This document shows positions 12,001-24,000 of a DNA stretch of 51,877 nucleotides, in pieces. Position 1 is the stretch's first letter. Each line of letters opens with the position of its first letter. The DNA lies in NCBI GenBank assembly GCA_000934665.2, contig KZ538155.1:62001-113877 (forward strand), given 5' to 3'. Origin of the DNA: Catajapyx aquilonaris (Eukaryota). The position numbers were made by a program, and so were the translations under genes. The notes beneath the pieces were generated by a model. That model searched no databases, had not been told where the DNA came from, and saw only the letters and a list, made by a program, of their open reading frames with translations.

Positions 12001-15000
12001 CCAGGATGATGAATCGACCTTTTCCTGGCAAGCCTTGGTTGTCTTGTCGCTTCAGAGCTGATCATTGTGACATTAAAATATTTCTAACCAGACACCCTTT
12101 TTTTTTGTTTAGTGAGCAATTTTTTAGGCTTTAGGCCAGTAATCGGACGTCAATTTGTCCCAGGGATGACCTTTACTACCATCCGTTTTGTCATTGTGTG
12201 CCGGATTAATAATGGGTCTGAATAATTAGTCCCCTGTAACTGGTTGGCATCCAAACAAATTGGGCGGTCCACAATTATGCAGTAGTAATAGGATTCGGCT
12301 ATATCTGCAGTCCAAATTGAATTATAATGCGCTTTTGATCCGCACTCTCAGCCCAGACTGTACAACCTCCAATTCCGGTGCCAGGTCGAGATATTATATT
12401 TGAAATGTAAATGCCCTTGTTCGCCTTGGAGCCAAGTAAATGGCGGGGGCGACATTTCGAATGCGATGTCTAGCCCTCGGCTAGTTTTCGTTATCGAAGC
12501 AGGGTTCCATGTAGCTCCTTTCAACACATTTGCAAGGGTCTGGCTCCTGATTCAGCATAAGCATAATAATACTGGGTGGCACAGAAATTCTGATAATTAG
12601 CGATTTTTTTTGTAGCATATTGGACCCTGTCCTTGGCAACATGTTGTTGGGTGTAAGTCAGGTAATAAATGTGTGAGAAAGCGTATAGGAGACAGGTGGC
12701 AAGCCAGTGATTGATGTCTTCAGTTGGCGACAAAGGAACGTTACTTGCAGCACACTTGAACTTTAGCTGGTTGCATAAGCCTGGTGGGCGTCCCATCTTG
12801 GCCAAAACGATCATGCTTTTCTAATAGCAGCGTATGTAATAGTGCGTAGGAGTGGATGACGCACATAGCTCATTACCATAATTAAAATCAGGCTAATTTG
12901 TTATTTTGAAATTTCGCCAGCGTTTTTTTTTTCTGTGGAAATGTTTGGTTAATCAATTCCGCTTCCGTGTTGGCAGAGTGGAAGTAATTTATATCTCAGT
13001 ACTGTAATCACAGCCTACTCTCTCTTTTTTTTTTTGGACGGACCTTTTAGCAGTATATTGGCCAGAAATGGTGATTGGCATGTGCGTTGGGAGTGATAGA
13101 CCGAGGAATGATTGGCTGTTTGATACGCCCGCCAGTTTTTCCCCTCCAAAAATCGCATCCCAGCAGCAGCCGCCCTCGCAATAAATTGCTGAAAATGTGT
13201 TTTCGTTGTCCGGATTTGCATTTTTAGGAACCGGGCCGGTCACGCGCTGTTAAATCTTTCAGGCAAATTTTTTTTTGCAAAAAATTGAACGCAATTCGCA
13301 CGACCCCGATGGGACCTCCAGGTCAATTTTGAGATATTTGCGAAATGTTGCAGATTCACCTTTGGGGGGGTGGGGGGTGAACTTTGGTCGATAGTTTGGT
13401 TCGTCTATGCAAATCCGAGCAAATGCCACCCAATTGGTTTCAAAATTGAGATGATGGCAACTGACAGATTAGCATTTTCTTAGAACCTGCCGAAATTAAT
13501 TTTGAGGCGCGCTCAAACTTTTAGCTTGAAACTGTATAAATTTGAGAAAAAGTTAGTAACCGGTGGACAATATTCTGATATATACGTTGGTGCCAGATTA
13601 GTGGAGATAGTCCTATGGCTCGGCAAGCTTCAAATGGGAGGCTGTTATATCACCGAAACGCGATTAAAACCCGCTTTTGTCCCGCTGCTCAATGGTCCAG
13701 TCCCGGTTTTAAGCTCCGGTGCGGTCTTTTCCCGACCTCTCGTTCGGAGGCTAGCAAATTGCTTTGGAATAGAAGAAATGTGGCGGAAAACAAGCCGCGG
13801 GTGTTATTATTCCTTCAAGCCACTGCTTTTCAACGCGTGTATATACAGTTGGTGCAGGCCAATCGATATGGGTCATATGCACCGACAATAATGCAGTACA
13901 TGCCCAAACCCGTCCTTGAGGATTTGAAACACTGAAAAAAAATGGGGGCGTTTTTTCGGCAAGTATCGACCGCAGTTTTTTTTCTTTTTTTGGTGGAATG
14001 TTCCTAGAGAGAAAACTGGAATATTGCAGGAAAAAAAAAGTGTCACAAAGAATGCGCTTTTGCCGCGAGAAGATGGCGAGTGATGATGATTTACGGTTAT
14101 TGCGGCAAACAGTCGCGGAAGCAAAAATGAATGTCCCCACTAGGCCCTTTTTGGAGCCCAAATATGCAAAACACGGTTTTTAGATGTGTATGCTGGTAAC
14201 AACATTGTTGATGGATCATGTGCGTATCAGGCGCCGAAAGTTTGCCAATTATTTTTTTTCCTCGCTGCTGTATAACGATTGTGTCCGGAAACTTTTCCTA
14301 AGTGTAGCAAAGAATTGACAAGTTGCTCAAACTTAATAGGCCAAGTTACACAATATAGCACATTTTTTTGGCATGATAGTCACGTGAGTGTTTGCGCCTT
14401 TTTTTTTTACACGTCTCATGGCCATTAATGCCATGCATGCGTCGACTACGCTAACCGAGGCGTGATTGGCCACCTCACGTGACTCATGTGAGGCGGACAA
14501 TTACGCCTCGGTTAGAGTATCGTATACATGTAAAGATGGGCGCCCCCCTCAACCCGTAATATGGGGGATATGGAAACTCCTAAAAAGAGATGCTGTGCCA
14601 GCCCCTCCCTTACCCTCTCCAGCAAAACCCCACCCCGAATCTCCCCCCACCCCCAGCAAACCCGCCCCGCTTTCCCCTCCCGTTCCCATTCCCCCAATAG
14701 CAGTCCCAGTAGCAGTGGCAGTGTGGCCAGAAGCAGTGTGGGGATGAGCAGCCTCCGGATTCCGGATATTTTTTGCCAGTCCATCCGGGAGAAAACAACA
14801 GTGGTAGTCTGCCTAGAGGGAATTGTGTCCGGATTTTTTTTCTTTTTTTAAACTCGCGAGTTTGGTGCATCCCTCTCTTGAAGCGTTAGTTATTGGACGT
14901 GTTTATCACTGGCTAAAAGCGTGCGAGTTTTTTTGGGGAGGCGTGAGTGGGGGAGGTTGTCGCAAACACCTGCGATCCCGATATTTTATGCGCGATCCGA

Positions 15001-18000
15001 TGTGAGTGCATGCGAAAATAACCGATGGCGAATTTTTTGGGGGCGAAAGGTAGTTCATTTAGATTAATTGGATCGTTGAGCTGGGTTGGCGGCAAACTTT
15101 TGGATAACTGGATGTAGTGTCAGGGGGGGGGGGGGGGGNNNNNNNNNGGGGGGGGGGGGGGGGGGAAAGAGAAGGGAGTAGAAATTAACCGAATGGAAAA
15201 TCGCGGATATAATCCGGTGGAAACCGCCAATTAATGAAAACTGGGAGTTAGTCTGCGTGATGAAAGTTTGCAGTGTGTTAATTGGTCGTTACTTTACGCT
15301 AAATCCAGGTTGTATTGTCGCAAATTAAGGAAAGTTTTGTACATAACCTGAGATTTTCTAAGTTTGGATGGATGCCCAGGATTTTGGGCGAAATCCAGCT
15401 GTTGAAGTCGCGTTGAAGTGTGCAGTTTCTCACTGCTCCGCGGCATAATTTGAAGTTTCTGCAGACATTCCCTTGCCGCTATCGGTTATTAATTAGCGTA
15501 ATGGAGCAATCTGAGTGATTTCACCCGTAAGTTGGAGGCCCAGACCGCATGGTTTTCCACCCCACAGTGTTACCAGCTCACCCTCAAAGTGACATGCTAA
15601 TCAGCATTAATCCCCCGAAAGCGCAGAAACCCGAGTAAAACCGCATCCACCGAATTAGGGGACTGGGGAAGAGAGGGGAAAAAAAGGAGTGCGAAAATCC
15701 AGGGGACAAGAGTGGACGCAGGATACTAAAATGGAGCAGGGTAGCTGAGCCATGGGGCCTTTCGGTGGTCGGGGTGGCCCCTGGGCCAGCTCGTGATGGG
15801 CAGCCCCCAGTGGCGCTTGTGGCGGTGGTGGTGTTGGGAAGATGGCCTCCAAGGAGGTCACCTGGAGGGACGAGAGCCCGGTTGAAGCAATGGACATGGA
15901 TGCCATCACCGAGGACGAAACCGATCAACAATGGGACATGTGCTCAGGTATACGCAAAATAGCAGCTATTTGGCCAAACTAGCAGGTTCTGCATTGCAGA
16001 AAGGCCCGCCCTATCCTGAAATCTCTTTTGCCGAGTCCGTACGTGAGGTCCATTCACAAGCGAAGGGCCTCTTCCTAGAGACACTATCATCCACATTCTT
16101 AGCCCCCCCGTTTCCTCCGCCAAAACCCTCCCCGCTCATTTGACTGGCGCGGCCTTAATTGCATTCCGCTTGTAGCAGGGGTCTGGACCATTACGTGCGA
16201 TCGATCCGACAAGGAGGCGACACTGTTTGTTTACTTTTGCCAGCCTTTGCGGGAATGGGAAATCCAAATACTGAGCAGCCTACCGGACATTAGTGGCTTA
16301 AAGCTTTTCCTCCTTATACGCCATCTGCTGTGTATTGGCGTCGTTTTGGTGCCATCTATGCCAAAATAAATACGGCAGCAATTTGGACCTGTCCTGAGAG
16401 GACACACCTGGCCGTGTTTATCTGCCATTTGTATGAAAACAACAGATGGCGCCACACACACAGATGAGCGAACTAGTGGCTCCATCTCGGCGCCTCATAA
16501 CACAACTGGCGCAGCGCCGCCGAATTTCATCACAATTAAAGAACGGAGGGAATGGTGTAATCCGCATCCAACACCATCCAGTAGATCGTAATCGAGCTCC
16601 TCAAATCGATAATCAACCTAAGTGTTCTGGTCGTTACAGAAAAGAAGAGGGGCGGGGGTTGGGCCTTTTTCTCTCCCAATTGCTCGGTTTGCTAGGGCGA
16701 GGAGAATTGGGAGGATTTTCCTTGTGGCGGATTCTCATATATAGCAAACGTGGCCACGTTCCCGTGATTGCTGCCCGAGATCGATACCAGTGCCGAGAGA
16801 CCTTGCTTCAGCTGCAGAACCCAAGGAAAAGACCACCCCCCCCCTCTGCCCCCCTCTCCACGCGATAAATGTCACGACCCCTGGGCACACTGGGGACTAA
16901 AAAGAAACAACTGGTGCTGACCCAAATTATTTAAATCCAGGGGACCGTACGATCGACATGGTTTATACTGTGCAGGAGGAAATTGAAACGGGTGTCCCAT
17001 TTGCAGGAGGGAGACCAGCAGACCTTATCGGAGTGGACTTTGATGGCTTCGGGAATTCCATGGGATTGGACGGCCGGATGGTCAAAGTAGTAAGAAAAAG
17101 TCGTTGACTCGACCTCCGGGTTCAATCGGATGAAACGTACAAAAGACAGAAAAACCGCCTGTCCAATTACTTCCTAACCAATAATCCAAAAATTTGCATA
17201 CGTGTGGCCATCATTTCCGTACCACATATGGCCCGAATTTACACACCTCCAAAAGTTGGGTCCATCGCGTTTAAAAGGCTAACAACAGCTATACGAGCAG
17301 CGAATAAAAACGCCAGTCTCTGTTACAAAAGCTTGGGGCTCGGATTTCTTGGCCTGTGTTCAAAAGGGACGTCCGTCCGCCTCTCGCTCTTTTTTTTCCT
17401 ATTCGGACGCTTCCAGTTTACGAACATTGACAGGACGGGTAGGAAATGGCGATCGAGATTGTATATAGAAGCTGGGAGGCACGTGGCTTGATCATTAAAA
17501 TGTTCTGCTATATTTTATCCCCCCGAGAGTCACGTGATTCAATAGATCGATACGTTATGAAGTGGAGAAACATGTTNNNNNNNNNNNNNNNNNNNNNNNN
17601 NNNNNNNNNNNNNNNNNNNNNNNNNNNNNNNNNNNNNNNNNNNNNNNNNNNNNNNNNNNNNNNNNNNNNNNNNNNNNNNNNNNNNNNNNNNNNNNNNNNN
17701 NNNNNNNNNNNNNNNNNNNNNNNNNNNNNNNNNNNNNNNNNNNNNNNNNNNNNNNNNNNNNNNNNCCCCCCCCCCCCCCCCCCATTTTCGCAAAATTATG
17801 ATTAAGTTTCTGCGGATCTGGCTCGTTTTAAAGAGGGGGGGCTGTTATGCAGAAAAGGTTCAGCCATTCTATAATTGGTCCATCCAATCATGCTTGCCCT
17901 CAGGTAAATTGATTTCCAAGGATGAGACACAGTCAGGAATTATTCATGCTGGAGGTCATCTTCAGCCTCAATATTAGGTTACCATTAATGACATCGCTTT

Positions 18001-21000
18001 CAGCACTAATATTAATATTAGGTTATTTTAAGTGAATATTTGTAACCTTTAGGTGATGAATGTAGCAGTCACATGTAATCGTGGGAGTTGAAACTTTCAT
18101 AAATCCGGACTGGTGCAGTGATTACTCTTGTTCACGCGATGATATTCCCACTACCCCCTTTTCATTTCGGGTATAAGATTTNCCCCAAAAAGCGAGGATT
18201 TATCCGGCGGTTCCCAAGAGCAGGGAAAATCCGGGAGACGTTTGATTTAGGGAGGCACGACGCCCGGAATTCTGATTGCCACCTGGCCTCCGGCTTTTAT
18301 GTGCCTAATCCTCTTTATCCATGCTCAGGTTCTTAATTCAGAATACCCCACCCTCCCCTCCCTTCCCCCCCTTTTCCTCCCATTTAATTGCATGCTTGTG
18401 TTGCGTTGCAATCTAGTCTGGCTGCCAAAGGATGGCAGGCTGTTCCGCGGCTTCAACTCAATTGCAAGGCTGATAAATTGAATCCGACATTGTTAGCATG
18501 TGGCTGTCTTTGCGATGCTGCAGTTGACACACTGAGTTACGTATGTGCCTCGTCACCCACACCGTTTGGTCAGTAGAAGCAGGATTTTGGAGGGAGAAAA
18601 AAAAAAGTAATCTTTCAAAATTGCATTCCGATGTTCAATATTAAAGAGAGTTGGCCTCAGGCTGTTGATTTCAGTTGGGCTCAACTATGCACAAATTGAA
18701 TACTTGAAGGCTTTGGTTTATTACCGGTCCGGAACAATCCGGATGTTGAATGTCACTTCATGTTTTTTTAGTATCCGGCGTATTGTCCCGCGGGTTGTTA
18801 CATCCAGCAAACTCGGCAAGAGTTTTGTGGATTTCCAAATTCAATAGTGTTCCTTCCTCTTTTTNGGGGGGGGGGGGCCTTTTCTCCATTGGTTTCTTGG
18901 GTCGGGGAGCAGTTGATTGCGGGCTTTAATTCGCCACGTCGGCAATGAAGTAGACGGATGGCCCTTATTCGCGAGAAAGGCTGCTGGGCGTTATGGGCTC
19001 TAATTGGAGCTGTGTTGAGCCCCATGAATTATGGAGGCCATCACGTCCCAGCCAAGGGTCCATTGGGGGGCGTCGCCTTGTCGCCTTCTTTTCTGGCTGA
19101 CATCTTCCGGGGGGGTCCACCAGGTACTTGTCTACCACCTTAATGTATTTCTCATGTCGTGCCGATCGCGGAATATCCCTCAGGCTAATTTGGCTGTAAT
19201 GATAAAGAACTGCTGCGGGGGGGAAGTTGCAAACTGCTGGAGGAGTCCTTTCTGTATGGAAATGGGGGCGTCGTCGCAGCAGCCTGCTTTGCTTGTAGGT
19301 GAGGAAATATATTTACCTTGTTTTATGCGAGCAACTGGAGGAGGAGGCCTGCTCTTCTCCGTATGCGGTTGGAATTTGCGAAATGCGGAGGAAGTTTGGC
19401 CGCGAATGTATCAAGATTTGTGTCGACACTGGGGGCTGTGCAAACTCAGCCTCGGAATGGAAAAGAGAAATTAAGGTTAATGGGTGGGCCAAGTACTATA
19501 AGTGGGGGGGTAGTGTAGGTGGCAGTACATTCGCATTGTTGCAGGATAGATGGCAGCACAGTCAAATCTTTGGATGATAGATGGCAGCACTGTCGAATTA
19601 TTGGCAGATAGATGGCGCCATTGCTACAGAAACTCGCAAAAATCGTGGCAAGTCGAATGAATATGAATAATTTAACATTTTAATGCAATTTCAGTCCAAG
19701 CCCTAACGATAGCGCAAATTGATAAATTAAGAGCTAAATTACTATGTACTGTGCAGTGTACTTCATTTTGGGGGGATATTGAGCGGCAGTGGTGAAGGCA
19801 TTATTTCACTGTGCGGCTGAATTTAGGCGAAAGAGTCGTGACAAATAGGCCGACTTAAGTGGATGCTTTGTCATACTGTTTTGCACTAGACGAGTTTTCC
19901 GGCGTTAAAAAGAGTTTCGCAGCAGAAGCTTTTTGTACGTTTTTTTTTTTTTTTTTTGCGAGCTCTACAGGGTGATCATTAGTTACGTAAGTTTGACCGC
20001 TGCTGATGTCTGCGTTAATGCTAAATGGCGACTGCAGTGATGGATTAAGTCCGTAAAGGTCAAAAGTTGGGTGAAGTTCGATTAATAATGCAAGTCCAGA
20101 AAGTGCTCTTTGTGAGGAACTAGTTTTTCATACATATCGACACGATTTTATCACGGGCAATTTCTTATACAGTTTATGCATGTAAAAGTTTTTTCTGCTG
20201 TAAGTTACGCAACATTTTTTCTCTCCCCATTTTATACGAAAAATAAATATAAACACAGATCGTCTCACTGCTAGTATCTGCTAGATTATCAATAACTATA
20301 GCAGTGAGACGAAAATTTCATCCAGATATACTTAGAACCAACTTTATTCTCTCGTTGATTTGTTGTTTTTTTCCCCCCTCTTTGTCCAAAGAGAATCCTC
20401 CACCTGACACTAGCAGTGTGCACCCTAAACTTCGGTTCGTTAACTTCCTCTCTGGCTGTCTGACGAAGTGTCTTTGAACTATTTGCAGTGAAAGTGGAGA
20501 AACGCTACGGTGACCTGAAAGGCGAGCTGCTTCTGGTGGAACTCCAGCGAGGCAACTCAGGCCTGGGGATCAGCCTGGCAGGTCACAAAGATCGCACCCG
20601 GATGTCCGTATTTGTCTGCGGACTCAACCCGGGTGGAAATGCCTGCAAGGATGGCCGGATCCAAGTCGGAGACGAAATCCTAGAGGTATATACAAACTCT
20701 CTTTTTTTGCGGCTTTTTTATTGCGAGGGTATGGCTATTTGCACCAGCTCTCGGCACTAAATCGATCGGCAATTCAAGTGTATATGCATGGTGTAATTAC
20801 TGCGGAACACGCTCTTGAAATTAAATCATAAACGATGATGATTCCATCCCTTCAAGATCGAACTATTGCGAAGGGGCATGTGCGGTTGGAGGATAATTCA
20901 ATTAGTTCAGAGTGTATTGCGTTGATTGGACGAAAGAATCGCATCAAGCCTGAATTTTTGCAATATGAATCATTGCGGGTGGATTTTTTTTGCTCCCAAT

Positions 21001-24000
21001 TTGAGAGTGTTTTTCAGCTTGAAAGTGATTTATTTTTCTGGAAATATGAATGTGAATGAGTCGCATTTGGCATGAATAATCTGCGAGCAATTTTCAATGG
21101 AGCAAAAATACAGTATCAGTTCGCATTACTTCCGCTTCTTTGCATCCGGGAAACGTTGTGAGAAGTGAAAGAGTACATTCTAATTGAGATTTTTTTTACA
21201 CTATTCATTCAAGTAATTGCTCAGTAATCAGCTTATAAGCTGATTACTTAGCAATTACTTGAATGAATTCACCGAAGCTAATATGGAGTATTCTTAAAAT
21301 GTAATTTTTCTAATGAAATCTTAATGGCAAAAGTCGCACTTCAGTTGGCATACATTAAACGTCCTAGTTACGTCAAAATAGACTCGAGAGTTACTGCGTG
21401 ATGCTCATCAACTCCCAACACTTTTAGATGATTCGAGACAGGGCCTAATTACTCGTCAAACTTTTGCCCTGCAGGATTTCAAAATTTTCTGAGGGGGACA
21501 TCCGTCACCTTCCCCCCGAGGTTGACTTTGGAAATTAGGCGGTGTCTGTCGAGATTGATGATATGCAAGGAGGTTTGACATTTACTCCGCCGACGTGAGC
21601 CGAATCCACCATTTTGTTTCGTATATCCCAAGAAAGAAAAGGAGAAAGTCTCCGAGAGTTATTCTAATGCATGAGGTCGGATAAAGCTTGACCGCAGGGA
21701 TTTATTGGCTGAATCGTGCTGCGAATCCACTTGGGACAAAGCCCCACAAATCAAAGTGAGCGGGCGTTGATAGTATAGAGCATCAGAATCTGATGGGTCT
21801 GAAGGCAGAATTCGTTAGCGTCAAACGCAGCGTTCACAATATTATGCGCGAACGAGAGAATCTGGGATGAAAAAGTTGGACGAATTTCAGGAAAATTTTT
21901 TCCAGTACACATTTTACCCCTTGCCAGATATATACAGTATATGGCATGTGAGTAGAGGTCGCGTCATGTGAGAGCCAGCTCATTAGACTAGAGTTGGAGG
22001 ATTCGAATTTCCGGCCCCTAGGGTAATTAGGAAATTACACTAGGCCATTCAGTCTTGTCACCCAGATCATCAGGTGGTTACAGTGTTGGAAAATCCTCCG
22101 GATTCAAAGGGCTCTAGTTTCTGTTGGCGATTTTTTACAAGAAGCTTACAAGTTGCATTGGTAGAATCATGAATTTTTATGCAATTTTTTTCTAACGCTT
22201 TTAATGTCATGAATTAAGAACATGCCCCTCTGCTGAATTAATAAAATGATGCTAAATATATGCATATATAGTATTGCGCTGCTAAAATTCTCGGAAAAGT
22301 GTAACAACAAGAGCATTAAATCACGGGTCTGGAAAGATAATGGGAATCAGCTTATCTTCTCTGAAAGCCCAATCTGTCGCGAGAGTTACATGTTTAATCA
22401 ACCCCGCTATCTTATAATACTATCAGGCAATGTTGGAACCGTTATCGCAATAACACTAGGGATTTGCATAACCGAAAAGGTATACTTTCAGAGACTGGGT
22501 TTTTGCCCGCTGGAAAAAAAGGCCAGTGTTTTTAATTCGTAAAAAAAAATCGGCAACCACATAAAACCTGTCCACCGTGACTAGCCAAGGCTAGTATTTG
22601 TCCATAAAGGCACAAAAACTTCGCTCGCAAACGGCCCATATGAGGATTATACACCCGGTTTTATTTACCATTCGGAGCATCTGCAGTGCCCCCGACGATT
22701 TTTTTTTTTTTGTGAGGACACGCATAAAAAAACATTCGACTGTCGCCTTGCAAAATAGCCTTTTTGGTACTTCAGAACCTACTTTTATATTCAGATTTCC
22801 GGCGCCATATATATTTTCCGTCACATAACATTGCATATGCTACAGTAGTACGTTCACCGATTTGAACTGTAAATTTTTGATCGCGCTTTGGGCATACCAC
22901 GCCTTATAGGTCCATTTGGCCACTGTCACATTCCATGGAGCACTGATTTTATTGTGTTTTTTGTCGCGAATAGTTGAGTTTCGGCCAACTCCTGCTGGTT
23001 ATGTTGCGTGCTGGACAGAAGAGGTGTGGGTGTTGCGTGTTGCGTATATGCCAGGATGAAGTTGGAAGAATGTCCGTTTTGTAAGAGAGTGAGAATTGGA
23101 ATCGTGTGGGATTGGTGGGAATGTAGGATTTTAGCAGGGGGGGAAAAAAAGAAGTTGCGGCGTCGACAGAAACATTTCCTGCTGGTATAGTTTGGCCTGA
23201 ATCCAGGGCAAGACAAGGTTCAATCAATGGCGGGTCTACCCCAATGTGGATGTCGGCCAAAAAATAGTACACGATGTTGCATCAGTGCCATGCATTGTCT
23301 GGAAGCGCAGTTGAAGACCTTGTTTGAGACGAAATTGGGGCGTCCTACAATACAGTCTTTGGAAGAGGACACACACAAAAACGGCCCCTGTTTTTCTTCC
23401 TCTTTTGTACACTCAGGGACAAATATAATCGGAAGATACAGAACCATTCTGCTGATTAGCCCGCTTATACTGCACTGCGTTGTCTCATAACAGTATGATT
23501 TGAGCATGCTCCCATTACTGAGTATTACACCCCGAATTGGCAATATTTTCGCTCGAGTACTGATTAAGCTGCTGGATTCAAGTTAAAGCGGATATAACCA
23601 TTTCAGGCCGATTTTAAGAAAACGTGCATGTAATGCATCTGATAATTGGACGGTGTTATGCGATAATGTGTCAACCCACCAAACAAAATTGAGTTAAGCC
23701 CAGGAACATATACACCCAAAGGGTCGTACTTCATTCAGTTGAAATCATTCTGGGGAAACGATCTGCATATATTTCTGCCATAAATGACCGAAAAAGACAC
23801 TGAATTAATTTTCCCAGGTGTGACCCTTTTCTCAAAACTGTTCTCATGCGGGTTGACTCATTATTGATTAAAACAATTTCATTATTTTTCGTTATTATTC
23901 CTACTAACAATAAAAGACGCGGTTTCGTGAAAAAATGGCATGGGCCGAGTCCAGACCTTGAGTAACGCGTTACACAAATTGCTGTCAGCCATTTGCGTAG

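Noticed and set aside
14561..14851. Ser/Pro-rich ORF as an alternative first exon
   Set aside because: No convincing phase-1 donor; C-rich low complexity explains the open frames.
17446..17805. ORFs spanning the N run
   Set aside because: Artefacts of the assembly gap and the adjacent poly-C.
19516..19620. CRISPR-like repeat/spacer pattern
   Set aside because: The repeat is only ~13 nt, the spacers are mutually related and the locus is an animal intron. It is better explained as a motif array.
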